Shown: positions 42,747 to 52,156 of the stretch, in pieces
How positions within the stretch are numbered: position 1 is the first letter of the stretch
Layout: every line of letters begins with the position of its first letter
NCBI GenBank assembly: GCA_944321705.1
Contig: CALUMG010000009.1
Location: 9,418 to 73,417 of the forward strand
DNA length: 64,000 nt
Direction: 5' to 3'
Source of the DNA: an uncultured Muribaculaceae bacterium
GTDB lineage: Bacteria; Bacteroidota; Bacteroidia; Bacteroidales; Muribaculaceae
Made by a program: the position numbers and the translations under genes
The notes under the pieces: model-generated
Told to the model about the DNA's origin: nothing
Seen by the model: only the letters and a program-made list of their open reading frames with translations
Databases searched by the model: none

Positions 42747-43563
42747 ATTCTCCTAATATTTTAAATTCGTTGATTAGTGGGCGTACAGCATCGATTGATT
42801 GACGATATCTCACATAATCGGTAAATGTGAGATTTATGTAGAATCTATATTCCCATTCTCTACCTATTATTGGAAGAGATTGTATTTTTGACAGATTAAT
42901 GTCATAGAATGAAAATATGGTCAATATCTTTGACAAGCTACCTTGTGTGTGAGGCAAAGTGAACACAATCGAAGACTTGTTTATTTTTTTGTTTTGCGTT
43001 AAATAAGGAGCTTCTATCGGGTCGGCTAAAATAAGGAACCGAGTTGAATTTCGCTTATTTGTTTGTATGTCATCAGCCAAAATATTTAAACCGTACAGTT
43101 GTGCGGCATATTTCCCACATACGGCTGCATGTCCCATAAGTTTCTTTTTTGAAATTTCAAGTGCGCTGCCTGCCGTATCATTTTTTTCAACGACTTTTAA
43201 GTTTGGGTAACGTTGAAGAAATTGGGCGCATTGCATCAATGCCATAGGATGAGAGTTTACTTCTTTCAAGTCTTCGATGGATTGACCCGGAAGAGCTGCC
43301 AACACATGGGATATATGCATTTTGTATTCTCCTACGATTGTCATGTTACTTTTTCTCAATAATTCATGATTTTGTAACAAACTGCCGGCGATGGTGTTTT
43401 CAATGGCTAGTACACCTATCAGAGACGCATCGGAATTCAGCGTATCGAACATGCTTGAAAATGTTTCGCAAGGAATTGTTTCAATGTCCTCTCCTTTGAA
43501 ATATTCACATGCGGCAGCTTCATGAAAGCATCCCGGTTCACCTTGTATTGTAACTCTTTTCAT
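42727..43563 (-). CDS. pheA: prephenate dehydratase (PDT + ACT)
   Basis: VTIQGEPGCFHEAA, the NSTRFLIL motif, and a C-terminal ACT domain SIVFTLPHTQGSLSKIL. Confidence 0.88.
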   Translation of the reverse strand: MKRVTIQGEPGCFHEAAACEYFKGEDIETIPCETFSSMFDTLNSDASLIGVLAIENTIAGSLLQNHELLRKSNMTIVGEYKMHISHVLAALPGQSIEDLKEVNSHPMALMQCAQFLQRYPNLKVVEKNDTAGSALEISKKKLMGHAAVCGKYAAQLYGLNILADDIQTNKRNSTRFLILADPIEAPYLTQNKKINKSSIVFTLPHTQGSLSKILTIFSFYDINLSKIQSLPIIGREWEYRFYINLTFTDYVRYRQSIDAVRPLINEFKILGEYAEYEQ

Positions 43564-43582
43564 TTGTTTGTTGTTGTATTAT

Positions 43583-43614
43583 AAAAAATCCCGCCATTTT
43601 AAATGGCGGGATTT
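43583..43614 (-). terminator. attenuator terminator immediately upstream of pheA
   Basis: On the minus strand, AAAUCCCGCCAUU (43614-43602) pairs with AAUGGCGGGAUUU (43598-43586). The U-run extends to 43583, 20 nt before the pheA ATG. Confidence 0.75.
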
Positions 43615-43668
43615 CATTCTTTTATATTATTAATCTATAATAATCAATTATACGCATAAAATCTCGCC
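43605..43668 (-). promoter_or_regulatory. candidate antiterminator pairing of the pheA leader
   Basis: GGCGAGAUUU (43668-43659, inside the leader ORF 3' end) is complementary in 9 of 10 positions to AAAUCCCGCC (43614-43605), the 5' arm of the terminator. Confidence 0.55.
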
Positions 43669-43725
43669 TTTATTTTTATTAAAATAAAAGTAAAAGAAAA
43701 AATAATATGCAAAAAATCGACTCAT
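43648..43725 (-). CDS. Phe/Tyr-rich leader peptide (25 aa) of the pheA operon
   Basis: Manual translation gives MSRFFAYYFFFYFYFNKNKGEILCV followed by a stop. Residues 4-15 include 7 Phe and 4 Tyr codons. The ORF is below the track's 60-aa cut-off. Confidence 0.7.
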   Translation of the reverse strand: MSRFFAYYFFFYFYFNKNKGEILCV

Positions 43726-43743
43726 AAATGTTATTTTGTGATG

Positions 43744-43773
43744 CAAAGTTAATTATAAGTTTTAAAAAACAAA
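43744..43773 (-). promoter_or_regulatory. Bacteroides-type promoter (-33 TTTG, -7 TAACTTTG) for the pheA leader
   Basis: TTTG at 43773-43770 and TAACTTTG at 43751-43744 with an 18-nt spacer. The -7 box ends 19 nt before the leader ATG. Confidence 0.5.
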
Positions 43774-43853
43774 TATTTTATCGAAAATTTTTATCAAAAA
43801 GTAGTTTCTTAAAGAATAAATTTTTGAGACAGTAATGCTATCAAGCATGAATT

Positions 43854-44222
43854 TTACATGTCGTGAATTTCGATTGTTGTTGAGTCTTGTTGTTCAATGA
43901 CGTTGACTTGGCATGAAGAGTTGACATTTCCACAACTGACTGTTATTTCAGCCAATCCCGGAACTTTTGAAATTACCACACCCGAGTCGCTCACAGATGC
44001 TACGGCTTCATTGGAAGATGTCCATTTGACTTGAATTAGGTTTGGATCTTCAAAATCGCCTCCTTCGTAAACGATAGAAAATGACATCTGCATTGTGTCA
44101 TTAACAGGCATCGACACTTCTGTAGGGTAAATTTCAATATAAGTAGCCTCGAATGCTTTGTTACAGCATGTGGCAATTGTCAGTGTTATTGATATTATAA
44201 TAATGTATAGGATATTCTTCAT
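43854..44222 (-). CDS. small lipoprotein with bacterial Ig-like (Big_2) domain
   Basis: Lipobox LTIATCC and a Big_2-like VKWTSSNEAVASVSDSGVVISKVPGLAEITVSCG. Start trimmed to MKNILY, which has a TATTTTTG -7 box at 44256-44249. Confidence 0.62.
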   Translation of the reverse strand: MKNILYIIIISITLTIATCCNKAFEATYIEIYPTEVSMPVNDTMQMSFSIVYEGGDFEDPNLIQVKWTSSNEAVASVSDSGVVISKVPGLAEITVSCGNVNSSCQVNVIEQQDSTTIEIHDM

Positions 44223-44503
44223 TGATTGCGGTAATTTTTGATTTTTTGCAAAAATACATAATTCGGTCAACAAAACAGACATAATGTGCGTTTAGATATG
44301 TTATTTTTTCGTTTCGATAATCATGTTTTGCGATTAAATTGAATTATTAAATATAAAATATGTAAAATAACACAATTTTCCGTTTTGGAAAACATTTTGC
44401 AATAGTAATTCGATTAATATATTGATAATTAGGTGTTTAATTTTTAAAATAGAAAACTTTGAAAAAATATGATATGGGATTGTGATTAGAAATATTATTA
44501 TAC

Positions 44504-44511
44504 TATCTTTG
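44504..44511 (+). promoter_or_regulatory. -7 box TATCTTTG for nrdJ
   Basis: Matches TAnnTTTG, 37 nt upstream of the ATG at 44548. Confidence 0.45.
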
Positions 44512-44547
44512 TAACGTAATTCAGAATCCCAAAAAAACTTATTATCT

Positions 44548-47085
44548 ATGGATAGGAAAACATACAGTTACGAAGAAGCTTTTAATGCCACGAAAGAATA
44601 TTTTAATGGCGATGAATTGGCCGCTCGTGTATGGGCAAGCAAATATGCTTTGAAAGATTCTTTTGGCAACCTTTATGAATTGACTCCCGATGACATGCAT
44701 CATAGATTGGCTTCGGAGCTGAGCCGCATTGAAAATAAATATCCAAATCCAATGCAGGAAGACGAAATTTTCAATTTATTGAAAAATTTTCGATATATAG
44801 TTCCGCAAGGCAGCCCGATGGCAGGCATAGGTAACAATTTTCAGGTAGGTTCTTTGTCCAACTGTTTTGTCATTGGTCTTGATGGCAGCCCAGATTCTTA
44901 TGGAGGAATCATAAAAATTGATGAAGAGCAAGTGCAGCTTATGAAACGAAGAGGTGGTGTCGGACACGATCTCTCTCACATACGTCCCAAAGGTTCGCCT
45001 GTTAAAAATTCTGCGCTTACATCAACAGGGTTAGTCCCTTTCATGGAGAGATATTCAAATTCGACTCGTGAAGTGGCTCAAGATGGCCGCCGTGGAGCAT
45101 TGATGCTTTCTGTAAGCATAAAGCATCCAGATGCCGAAGCATTTATAGATGCAAAGATGGTTGAAGGGAAAGTGACCGGAGCTAATGTATCGGTGCGAAT
45201 TGATGATGAATTCATGAACGCAGCTATCAATGGCAGTACTTATACGCAAAAATATCCAATAGATTCTGATGCTCCTAAATATTCGAAAGATATAGATGCT
45301 TCGCAATTGTGGAAAAAAATAGTTCACAATGCATGGAAAAGTGCAGAACCCGGAGTGCTTTTTTGGGATACCATTGTAAGGGAATCGGTGCCCGATTGTT
45401 ATGCTGATCTCGGATTTAAGACAATTTCTACAAATCCATGTGGGGAAATTCCATTATGCCCCTATGATAGCTGCCGACTGCTTGCAATAAATCTATATTC
45501 TTATGTGAAAAATCCGTTCACGAATAAGGCTGCTTTTGACTTTGAATTATTTAAGACACATGTAGGGAAGGCTCAAAGGTTGATGGATGATATCATCGAT
45601 CTTGAAATGGAAAAGATTGACAAGATTATTGAGAAGATAAACAATGACCCGGAGACTCTTGAAGTAAAAGCCACCGAACTGCATTTATGGGAGAAAATAC
45701 GAGCCAAGACATTAAAAGGTCGTCGCACAGGAGTGGGAACAACAGCCGAAGGTGACATGTTGGCTGCCATGGGATATACTTACGGCACTAACGAAGCGAC
45801 AGATTTTTCGGAGGAAGTTCATAAAACTTTGGCGATAGCGGCTTATGGCTCTTCTGTAATATTGGCTAAAGAACGTGGTGCATTTGAAGTATACGATGCT
45901 AAAAGAGAGGAGAACAATCCGTTTATTCAAAGATTGAAATCGGTTGATCCCGGATTGTATGACAATATGATAAAATACGGAAGACGCAATATAGCATGTC
46001 TTACTATTGCCCCTACCGGAACAACAAGTTTGATGACTCAAACAACTTCGGGCATAGAGCCGGTATTCTTGCCTGTTTATAAACGCAGAAGGAAAGTAAA
46101 TCCGAATGATCCGGACTGTCATATAGATTATGTAGACGAAACAGGAGATTGCTTTGAAGAATATATCGTTTATCATCACAAATTCATAGAGTGGATGAAT
46201 ACTAACGGAATAGCCGTTAATCCAGATTATACACAAGCCGAACTTGATGAAATTGTCAAAAAATCACCGTATTATAAAGCGACATCGAACGATATAGATT
46301 GGCTGGCCAAGGTGCGGATGCAAGGCCGTATACAGAAATGGGTGGATCATTCAATAAGTGTCACAATCAATCTTCCCAACGATGTGAGCGAAGAGCTTGT
46401 AAATGACCTTTATGTAGAAGCATGGCGTTCGGGTTGCAAAGGTTGCACGGTATATAGAGATGGCTCTCGTTCGGGCGTTTTAGTGTCGACGCAAAGCAAA
46501 GAAACCAAGGTGGGGCACTACATGGCCGATGAAGAACATATATTAAAGCGTCCTATTGAACTTGAAGCCGACGTTGTGAGATTCCAAAATAATAAGGAGA
46601 AGTGGATTGCATTCATAGGTTTGATCAATGAACGTCCGTATGAAATCTTCACAGGACTTGCTGACGATGATGAAGGTATATTCTGTCCTAAATCGGTTAA
46701 TCGCGGAAAAATCATCAAGGCAGTGGATGAACATGGCAACAAGCGATATGACTTCCAATTCATAAACAAGCGTGGTTATAAAACGACGATAGAAGGTTTG
46801 TCGGAGAAATTCAATCCTGAATTTTGGAATTACGCTAAACTCATATCAGGCGTTTTACGTTATGGCATGCCAATAGACCAGGTCCTAAAATTGATAGGCA
46901 GCTTGGAACTTGACAATAAATCGATAAACACATGGAAAATGGGTGTTGAACGTGCATTGAAGAAGTATCTTCCTAATGGAGCAAAGGCCAGTGGTCAAAA
47001 ATGTCCAAAATGCGGACAGGAAACTTTGATATATCAGGAAGGTTGTTTGATTTGCACTTCTTGTGGAACATCCAAGTGTGGTTGA
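44548..47085 (+). CDS. nrdJ: adenosylcobalamin-dependent (class II) ribonucleotide reductase
   Basis: A single-chain 845-aa RNR with no adjacent beta subunit. Active-site STNPCGEIPL, and a C-terminal CPKCGQETLIYQEGCLICTSCGTSKC zinc/redox tail. Confidence 0.87.
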   Translation: MDRKTYSYEEAFNATKEYFNGDELAARVWASKYALKDSFGNLYELTPDDMHHRLASELSRIENKYPNPMQEDEIFNLLKNFRYIVPQGSPMAGIGNNFQVGSLSNCFVIGLDGSPDSYGGIIKIDEEQVQLMKRRGGVGHDLSHIRPKGSPVKNSALTSTGLVPFMERYSNSTREVAQDGRRGALMLSVSIKHPDAEAFIDAKMVEGKVTGANVSVRIDDEFMNAAINGSTYTQKYPIDSDAPKYSKDIDASQLWKKIVHNAWKSAEPGVLFWDTIVRESVPDCYADLGFKTISTNPCGEIPLCPYDSCRLLAINLYSYVKNPFTNKAAFDFELFKTHVGKAQRLMDDIIDLEMEKIDKIIEKINNDPETLEVKATELHLWEKIRAKTLKGRRTGVGTTAEGDMLAAMGYTYGTNEATDFSEEVHKTLAIAAYGSSVILAKERGAFEVYDAKREENNPFIQRLKSVDPGLYDNMIKYGRRNIACLTIAPTGTTSLMTQTTSGIEPVFLPVYKRRRKVNPNDPDCHIDYVDETGDCFEEYIVYHHKFIEWMNTNGIAVNPDYTQAELDEIVKKSPYYKATSNDIDWLAKVRMQGRIQKWVDHSISVTINLPNDVSEELVNDLYVEAWRSGCKGCTVYRDGSRSGVLVSTQSKETKVGHYMADEEHILKRPIELEADVVRFQNNKEKWIAFIGLINERPYEIFTGLADDDEGIFCPKSVNRGKIIKAVDEHGNKRYDFQFINKRGYKTTIEGLSEKFNPEFWNYAKLISGVLRYGMPIDQVLKLIGSLELDNKSINTWKMGVERALKKYLPNGAKASGQKCPKCGQETLIYQEGCLICTSCGTSKCG

Positions 47086-47241
47086 CATTGTATAGCAGAA
47101 ACATCCTAAGTGAAAAAATAATTCAGGCTCGGCATATTTTGTGTCCGGGCCTTAATTATTAAAAATAAAATGTGTATATTTATCAAAATTTTTAACCACG
47201 CTCATAATTAACTAATATCAAGATAAAATTAAAACCAATCT

Positions 47242-49920
47242 ATGAAGTTGACATTTTACATCGATTATCGAACTAATTGGGGAGAGTCGGTTTATTTAAT
47301 AGACTGTAATTCAGCGGACAAGGATGGTTCTCACGCCATAAAGATGGATTTTGACGGCATGAGTACTTGGTTTTATACGTTGACATTGCCCGATTCGGTA
47401 AAAGAGTTCACTTATTGTTATGTTGTGAAATCGGATATTGGACAGCAGCCATGCCGACGTGAATGGGGGAAACCTCACCATGTGTTGTTGGGCAAAGGAT
47501 TGGACTGTGATGTATTTGACAAATGGCAAGATGAGCCGGTTGACAGCTCATTTTATTCATCGGCTTTTACCGAGAGCATATTTGCAGGTACAAGGTCTCA
47601 AGCTCCTATTCTTGGTGACAAAGGTTGCGTGCTATTTAAAATGAATGCACCTGTGGTAGGTCCTAATGAGGTTTTGGCGGTAGTCGGAAGCAATGAAATG
47701 CTTGGGAATTGGAATCCAGAACAAGCCATAATATTAAACAATTACAATTTCCCGGAATGGAGTTTCTGCTTGGATTTGTCGTTGGTAAAATATCCGTTTG
47801 AATATAAATTCTTGATTTTAAAAAAAGATACTCATGAGGTAGTCGCATGGGAAAACAGGGATAACAGGACATTTGATAAACTGTCCAACAAGATAGGACC
47901 GGGACTTACGGTTATAAGAATACCTGATTTTGTGAATCCGCGTCCAAATTGGAAAGGAGCTGGAACGGCCATTCCTGTCTTTTCACTGAGATCTAATGAA
48001 GATTTTGGTGTTGGAGATTTTTATGATTTGTTCAAAATGGTGGATTGGGCTGAAATCACAGGACAGAAATTCATTCAAATCTTGCCGATTAACGACACGA
48101 CAATGACTCATACCTGGACCGATTCATATCCATATAGCTCTAATTCCATATTCGCGTTGCATCCCATGTATTTGCGTCCTTCTGCAATAGGAACATTGGA
48201 TGACAAGGAAAAACTTGCCAAGTATAATGAACTGGCAGCAGAATTGAATAGCCTGCCGCAAGTTGACTATGAGCGAGTGAATGATATAAAACTTGCGTAT
48301 GTAAAGGACTTGTATGAGCAACTGGGCGAAGAAACGTTAGCTTCGGAAGAATATTTGGCTTTTTGGGAAGCTAATGAATACTGGTTGAAACCATATGCTG
48401 CTTTTTGCGTATTACGCGACAAAAAAGGAACTGCCGACTTTTCAAAATGGGGTTTGTATTCGTCTTATGATGAAAAAATTGTCGATAAGTTCTGTCTTGA
48501 AAATGAACGTGAAATAAAATTATGTTATTTCATACAATATCATTTGGACAAACAATTAAAAGAAGTAAGAAATTATGCACACTCCAAAGGTGTTGTCTTG
48601 AAAGGTGATATTCCAATTGGAATTAGCAGGGAAAGTGCTGATGCGTGGGTGGAACCTCGGTTGTTCAATTTAGGATGTCAAGCTGGTGCGCCACCTGATG
48701 ATTTTTCAGTACTTGGACAGAATTGGGGCCTACCAACCTACAACTGGGAAGAAATGAGCAAAGACGGTTTCCAGTGGTGGAAGAACCGTTTCAGGAAAAT
48801 GTCGGAATATTTTGATGCATATAGGATTGATCACATATTGGGATTCTTCAGGATTTGGCAAATCCCTATGGATGCCGTGCATGGGTTACTTGGCATATTC
48901 AATCCGGCTCTGCCGTTTAGTGAAGATGAACTTCGCAATCAATATGATTTCTGGCTCGATAAAGACTTGCAGACAACTCCTTACATAATGGAGTATTTCT
49001 TGAATGATTTCTTTGGAGAATATACGGAAGAAGCAAAGAATAGGTTCTTATATGACAAAGGGTTCGGACGATATGGATTGACTGAAAATTTCAATACTCA
49101 GGCAAAGGTTGTAGAATATTTCAAAAATCAAGAAGATAACGAGAAAAACAATAAATTGAAGAATGCTCTTCTCGGATTGATTGAAGAAGTATTGTTTATT
49201 GAAGATCCAGAAGAAAAAGGGAAATATCATCCTCGCATTTCTGCACAATACACCTACATATATAGGTCATTGAATGACTATGAGCGTTGGTGTTTCAATA
49301 GATTATATAATGACTTTTTCTATCATAGGCACAATGACTTCTGGTATGGGAAAGCTATGTGGAAATTGCAGCCATTGATTAAGTCTACCAATATGCTCGT
49401 TTGTGGAGAAGATCTTGGCATGATTCCCGATTGCGTGCCATCGGTAATGCATCAATTGAAGGTGTTGTCGCTTGAGATTCAAAGAATGTCAAAAGACCCG
49501 TCCATGGAATTTGGTAACCCATATGCTTATCCATATTTGTCGGTATGCACGACATCAACTCATGACATGCCCGGTATAAGAGCTTGGTGGGAAGAAGACC
49601 GAGAAAAAACACAAAGGTTTTATAATAACATGTTGCATGAGTCGGGAACTGCTCCTTATTATGCAGAACCGTGGATATGCGACCGCATTATTTCGATGCA
49701 CCTTGATTCTCCTGCAATGTTGACAATTCTGCCATTGCAAGACTGGTTGTCGATTGACGGAAAGTTACGCCGGAAAAATCCTCAAGAGGAACAAATAAAC
49801 ATACCAGCCATACCTAAACATTATTGGAGGTATAGAATGCATTTGACACTGGAAGATTTATTGACTGATAAAGAATTCAATGACAAATTAAGGAACAAAA
49901 TAGCATATAGTGGACGTTAA
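47242..49920 (+). CDS. malQ: 4-alpha-glucanotransferase (GH77) with N-terminal CBM20-like domains
   Basis: Two N-terminal starch-binding-like repeats (...WGESVYL..., ...LGNWNPEQA...). GH77 motifs SPYSSNSIFALHPMYL, YRIDHILGFFRIW, VCGEDLG and TTSTHDMP. Confidence 0.88.
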   Translation: MKLTFYIDYRTNWGESVYLIDCNSADKDGSHAIKMDFDGMSTWFYTLTLPDSVKEFTYCYVVKSDIGQQPCRREWGKPHHVLLGKGLDCDVFDKWQDEPVDSSFYSSAFTESIFAGTRSQAPILGDKGCVLFKMNAPVVGPNEVLAVVGSNEMLGNWNPEQAIILNNYNFPEWSFCLDLSLVKYPFEYKFLILKKDTHEVVAWENRDNRTFDKLSNKIGPGLTVIRIPDFVNPRPNWKGAGTAIPVFSLRSNEDFGVGDFYDLFKMVDWAEITGQKFIQILPINDTTMTHTWTDSYPYSSNSIFALHPMYLRPSAIGTLDDKEKLAKYNELAAELNSLPQVDYERVNDIKLAYVKDLYEQLGEETLASEEYLAFWEANEYWLKPYAAFCVLRDKKGTADFSKWGLYSSYDEKIVDKFCLENEREIKLCYFIQYHLDKQLKEVRNYAHSKGVVLKGDIPIGISRESADAWVEPRLFNLGCQAGAPPDDFSVLGQNWGLPTYNWEEMSKDGFQWWKNRFRKMSEYFDAYRIDHILGFFRIWQIPMDAVHGLLGIFNPALPFSEDELRNQYDFWLDKDLQTTPYIMEYFLNDFFGEYTEEAKNRFLYDKGFGRYGLTENFNTQAKVVEYFKNQEDNEKNNKLKNALLGLIEEVLFIEDPEEKGKYHPRISAQYTYIYRSLNDYERWCFNRLYNDFFYHRHNDFWYGKAMWKLQPLIKSTNMLVCGEDLGMIPDCVPSVMHQLKVLSLEIQRMSKDPSMEFGNPYAYPYLSVCTTSTHDMPGIRAWWEEDREKTQRFYNNMLHESGTAPYYAEPWICDRIISMHLDSPAMLTILPLQDWLSIDGKLRRKNPQEEQINIPAIPKHYWRYRMHLTLEDLLTDKEFNDKLRNKIAYSGR

Positions 49921-49928
49921 ACCATAAG

Positions 49929-49970
49929 ATCATTCCAGCATAGCATTTAAGCTTGCTGGAATGATTTATA
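49929..49970 (+). terminator. intrinsic terminator after malQ
   Basis: Perfect 12-bp stem ATCATTCCAGCA (49929-49940) / TGCTGGAATGAT (49954-49965), followed by TTTATAT. Confidence 0.62.
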
Positions 49971-50097
49971 TGTCAGAATAAGCAACAATATATGAATAAA
50001 AGCACTAACTTTGTTAATGCTAAATTTTCATCCATGAGTAGTGGGTAAAAAAGAATGTTATTTGTACATATATTGATATAGACTTTAATTTCAAGTA

Positions 50098-51009
50098 ATG
50101 AAACCGACATTATTAGTTTTGGCAGCCGGTATGGGTAGCCGGTATGGAGGACTTAAACAACTTGACGGCATAGGTCCTAATGGCGAGACCATCATGGATT
50201 ATTCAATTTATGATGCTATTCGCAGTGGATTTGGAAAGGTTGTTTTTGTAATCCGTCATGATTTTGAAAAAGATTTCAAGGACAAAGTATTGAGTAAATA
50301 TGAAAATCACATTCCCACCGAAGTAGTATTCCAGTCCATAGACAAATTGCCTGAAGGATATGTCCCTAATCAAGAACGGGTAAAACCGTGGGGAACAAAT
50401 CATGCCGTGCTCATGGGCAAAAACGTGATAAACGAACCATTTGCCGTTATCAATGCCGATGATTTTTATGGTTATGACAGTTTTAAGACTTTGGCAGAAG
50501 CCTTAAAATCAATGTGCGACAAAAAAAATGAATATTGCATGATTGGATTTCATGTTGGAAACACTTTGAGCGAAAGTGGAGAGGTATCGCGTGGAATATG
50601 CAATATTACGTCAGATGGATTGTTGGCTACGGTAACAGAGCGTCATCACATCAAGCGCAGGGACGGGCACGTTTCTTATGTGGACGATAATGACGGCAAG
50701 GAGTACAATCTCGATGATGATGCTCTCGTGTCAATGAACATGTGGGGATTCACTCCCGATTATTTCGAGTATTCCGAAAAAGCGTTTATTGAATTTCTCG
50801 ACAAAAATAAAAATGAATTAAAAGCAGAATTTTATATACCATCGATGGTGAATGAGCTCATCACGACTGGAGTCGCATCGGTTAAAGTCTACGGGACAAA
50901 ATCCTCGTGGTTTGGCGTGACTTATGCGGCAGACAAGCCTGCCGTCATGGCCAATATAGCCAATCTTATTAAAAATGGAGTATATCCAAACGAATTGTTT
51001 GATTTTTAA
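50098..51009 (+). CDS. sugar-phosphate nucleotidyltransferase-family protein
   Basis: N-terminal LVLAAGMGSRYGGLKQLD nucleotide-binding loop. Substrate unknown. Confidence 0.68.
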   Translation: MKPTLLVLAAGMGSRYGGLKQLDGIGPNGETIMDYSIYDAIRSGFGKVVFVIRHDFEKDFKDKVLSKYENHIPTEVVFQSIDKLPEGYVPNQERVKPWGTNHAVLMGKNVINEPFAVINADDFYGYDSFKTLAEALKSMCDKKNEYCMIGFHVGNTLSESGEVSRGICNITSDGLLATVTERHHIKRRDGHVSYVDDNDGKEYNLDDDALVSMNMWGFTPDYFEYSEKAFIEFLDKNKNELKAEFYIPSMVNELITTGVASVKVYGTKSSWFGVTYAADKPAVMANIANLIKNGVYPNELFDF

Positions 51010-51027
51010 ATAACATAAACTATCATC

Positions 51028-52062
51028 ATGAAAGGAAAAATTTTGGTTACCGGCGGAACCGGTTATATAGGTTCCCACACAGTTGTAGAATTACAAAATG
51101 CAGGTTACGAGGTTGTTATTATTGACAATTTGTCTAACAGCAACATTGAAGTACTTGATGGAATAGAAAAAATCACAGGCGTTCGCCCAATATTCGTCAA
51201 GGCTGATTGTACGGATATCAATGCGCTGACAAAATTGTTTGAAGAAAATCCCGGAATCAACGGTATTATCAATTTTGCAGCAAGCAAGGCAGTTGGCGAG
51301 TCGGTACAAAAACCATTGTTGTACTATCGCAATAATCTCGTTACATTAATTAATTTGTTGGAATTGATGCCAAAATACGGAACAAAAGGCATCGTGTTCT
51401 CTTCTTCATGTACCGTATATGGAGAACCAGACAAGAATCCGGTAGATGAAAATGCTCCTATAAAGAAAGCAACATCTCCTTATGGAAACACAAAGCAAAT
51501 TTCGGAAGAGATAATCACCGATTATATTCATTCGGGAGCTCCTATCAAGAGCGTGATATTGAGATATTTCAATCCGGTTGGAGCTCATCCAAGCGCAGAA
51601 ATTGGCGAATTGCCAAATGGTGTTCCTCAAAATCTTATACCTTATTTGACACAAACTGCCATAGGCATAAGAAAAGAACTCAGTGTATTTGGTAATGATT
51701 ATAACACTCCTGACGGTTCATGCATACGCGATTTCATCAACGTGGTTGATCTTGCAAAGGCTCACGTTACAGCCCTTGAAAGAATGCTTGAAGACAAGAG
51801 CGAGGAAACTCTTGAAATATTCAATCTTGGAACAGGTGTGGGATTGTCTGTACTCGAATTGATTAACTCATTTGAAAGAGCTACAGGAGTGAAAGTTCCT
51901 CATAAGATTGTAGGTCGTCGTAGCGGTGATATCGAAAAGGTTTGGGCGGATCCTGCAAAAGCAAACAATGTGCTTGGTTGGAAAGCTACTACATCGATTG
52001 ATGATACAATGAGATCGGCTTGGAACTGGCAGCTTAAATTGCGTGAAAGAGGCATAATGTAA
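51028..52062 (+). CDS. galE: UDP-glucose 4-epimerase
   Basis: ILVTGGTGYIGSH, the YGNTK catalytic motif, and RYFNPVGAHPS. Confidence 0.93.
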   Translation: MKGKILVTGGTGYIGSHTVVELQNAGYEVVIIDNLSNSNIEVLDGIEKITGVRPIFVKADCTDINALTKLFEENPGINGIINFAASKAVGESVQKPLLYYRNNLVTLINLLELMPKYGTKGIVFSSSCTVYGEPDKNPVDENAPIKKATSPYGNTKQISEEIITDYIHSGAPIKSVILRYFNPVGAHPSAEIGELPNGVPQNLIPYLTQTAIGIRKELSVFGNDYNTPDGSCIRDFINVVDLAKAHVTALERMLEDKSEETLEIFNLGTGVGLSVLELINSFERATGVKVPHKIVGRRSGDIEKVWADPAKANNVLGWKATTSIDDTMRSAWNWQLKLRERGIM

Positions 52063-52093
52063 AGAATGATATAACTTTTTGCTTATAATGAGG

Positions 52094-52133
52094 CATGTGG
52101 GATGGTAAGTTTTTCCGTCCCACATGTTTTTTA
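52094..52133 (+). terminator. intrinsic terminator after galE
   Basis: CATGTGGGA (52094-52102) pairs with TCCCACATG (52118-52126), followed by T6. Confidence 0.68.
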
Positions 52134-52156
52134 TTATAAGTCAATGTATCGTTTAG

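Noticed and set aside
44283-44547. Looked for a cobalamin riboswitch or NrdR boxes upstream of the B12-dependent RNR gene nrdJ.
   Set aside because: No B12-box-like or GGUG/AGGGAA core elements are present. I found only a TATCTTTG -7 box and a tiny TTTTCC/GGAAAA palindrome. B12 riboswitches usually control B12-independent isozymes, not nrdJ.
45712-46236. Long antisense ORFs inside large genes, for example 45712-46236 in nrdJ, 1436-1885 in recQ, 24778-25197 in trxB, 34926-35414 in carA and 38283-38711 in carB.
   Set aside because: All are opposite strongly homologous housekeeping genes and have non-protein-like composition. They are shadow ORFs.
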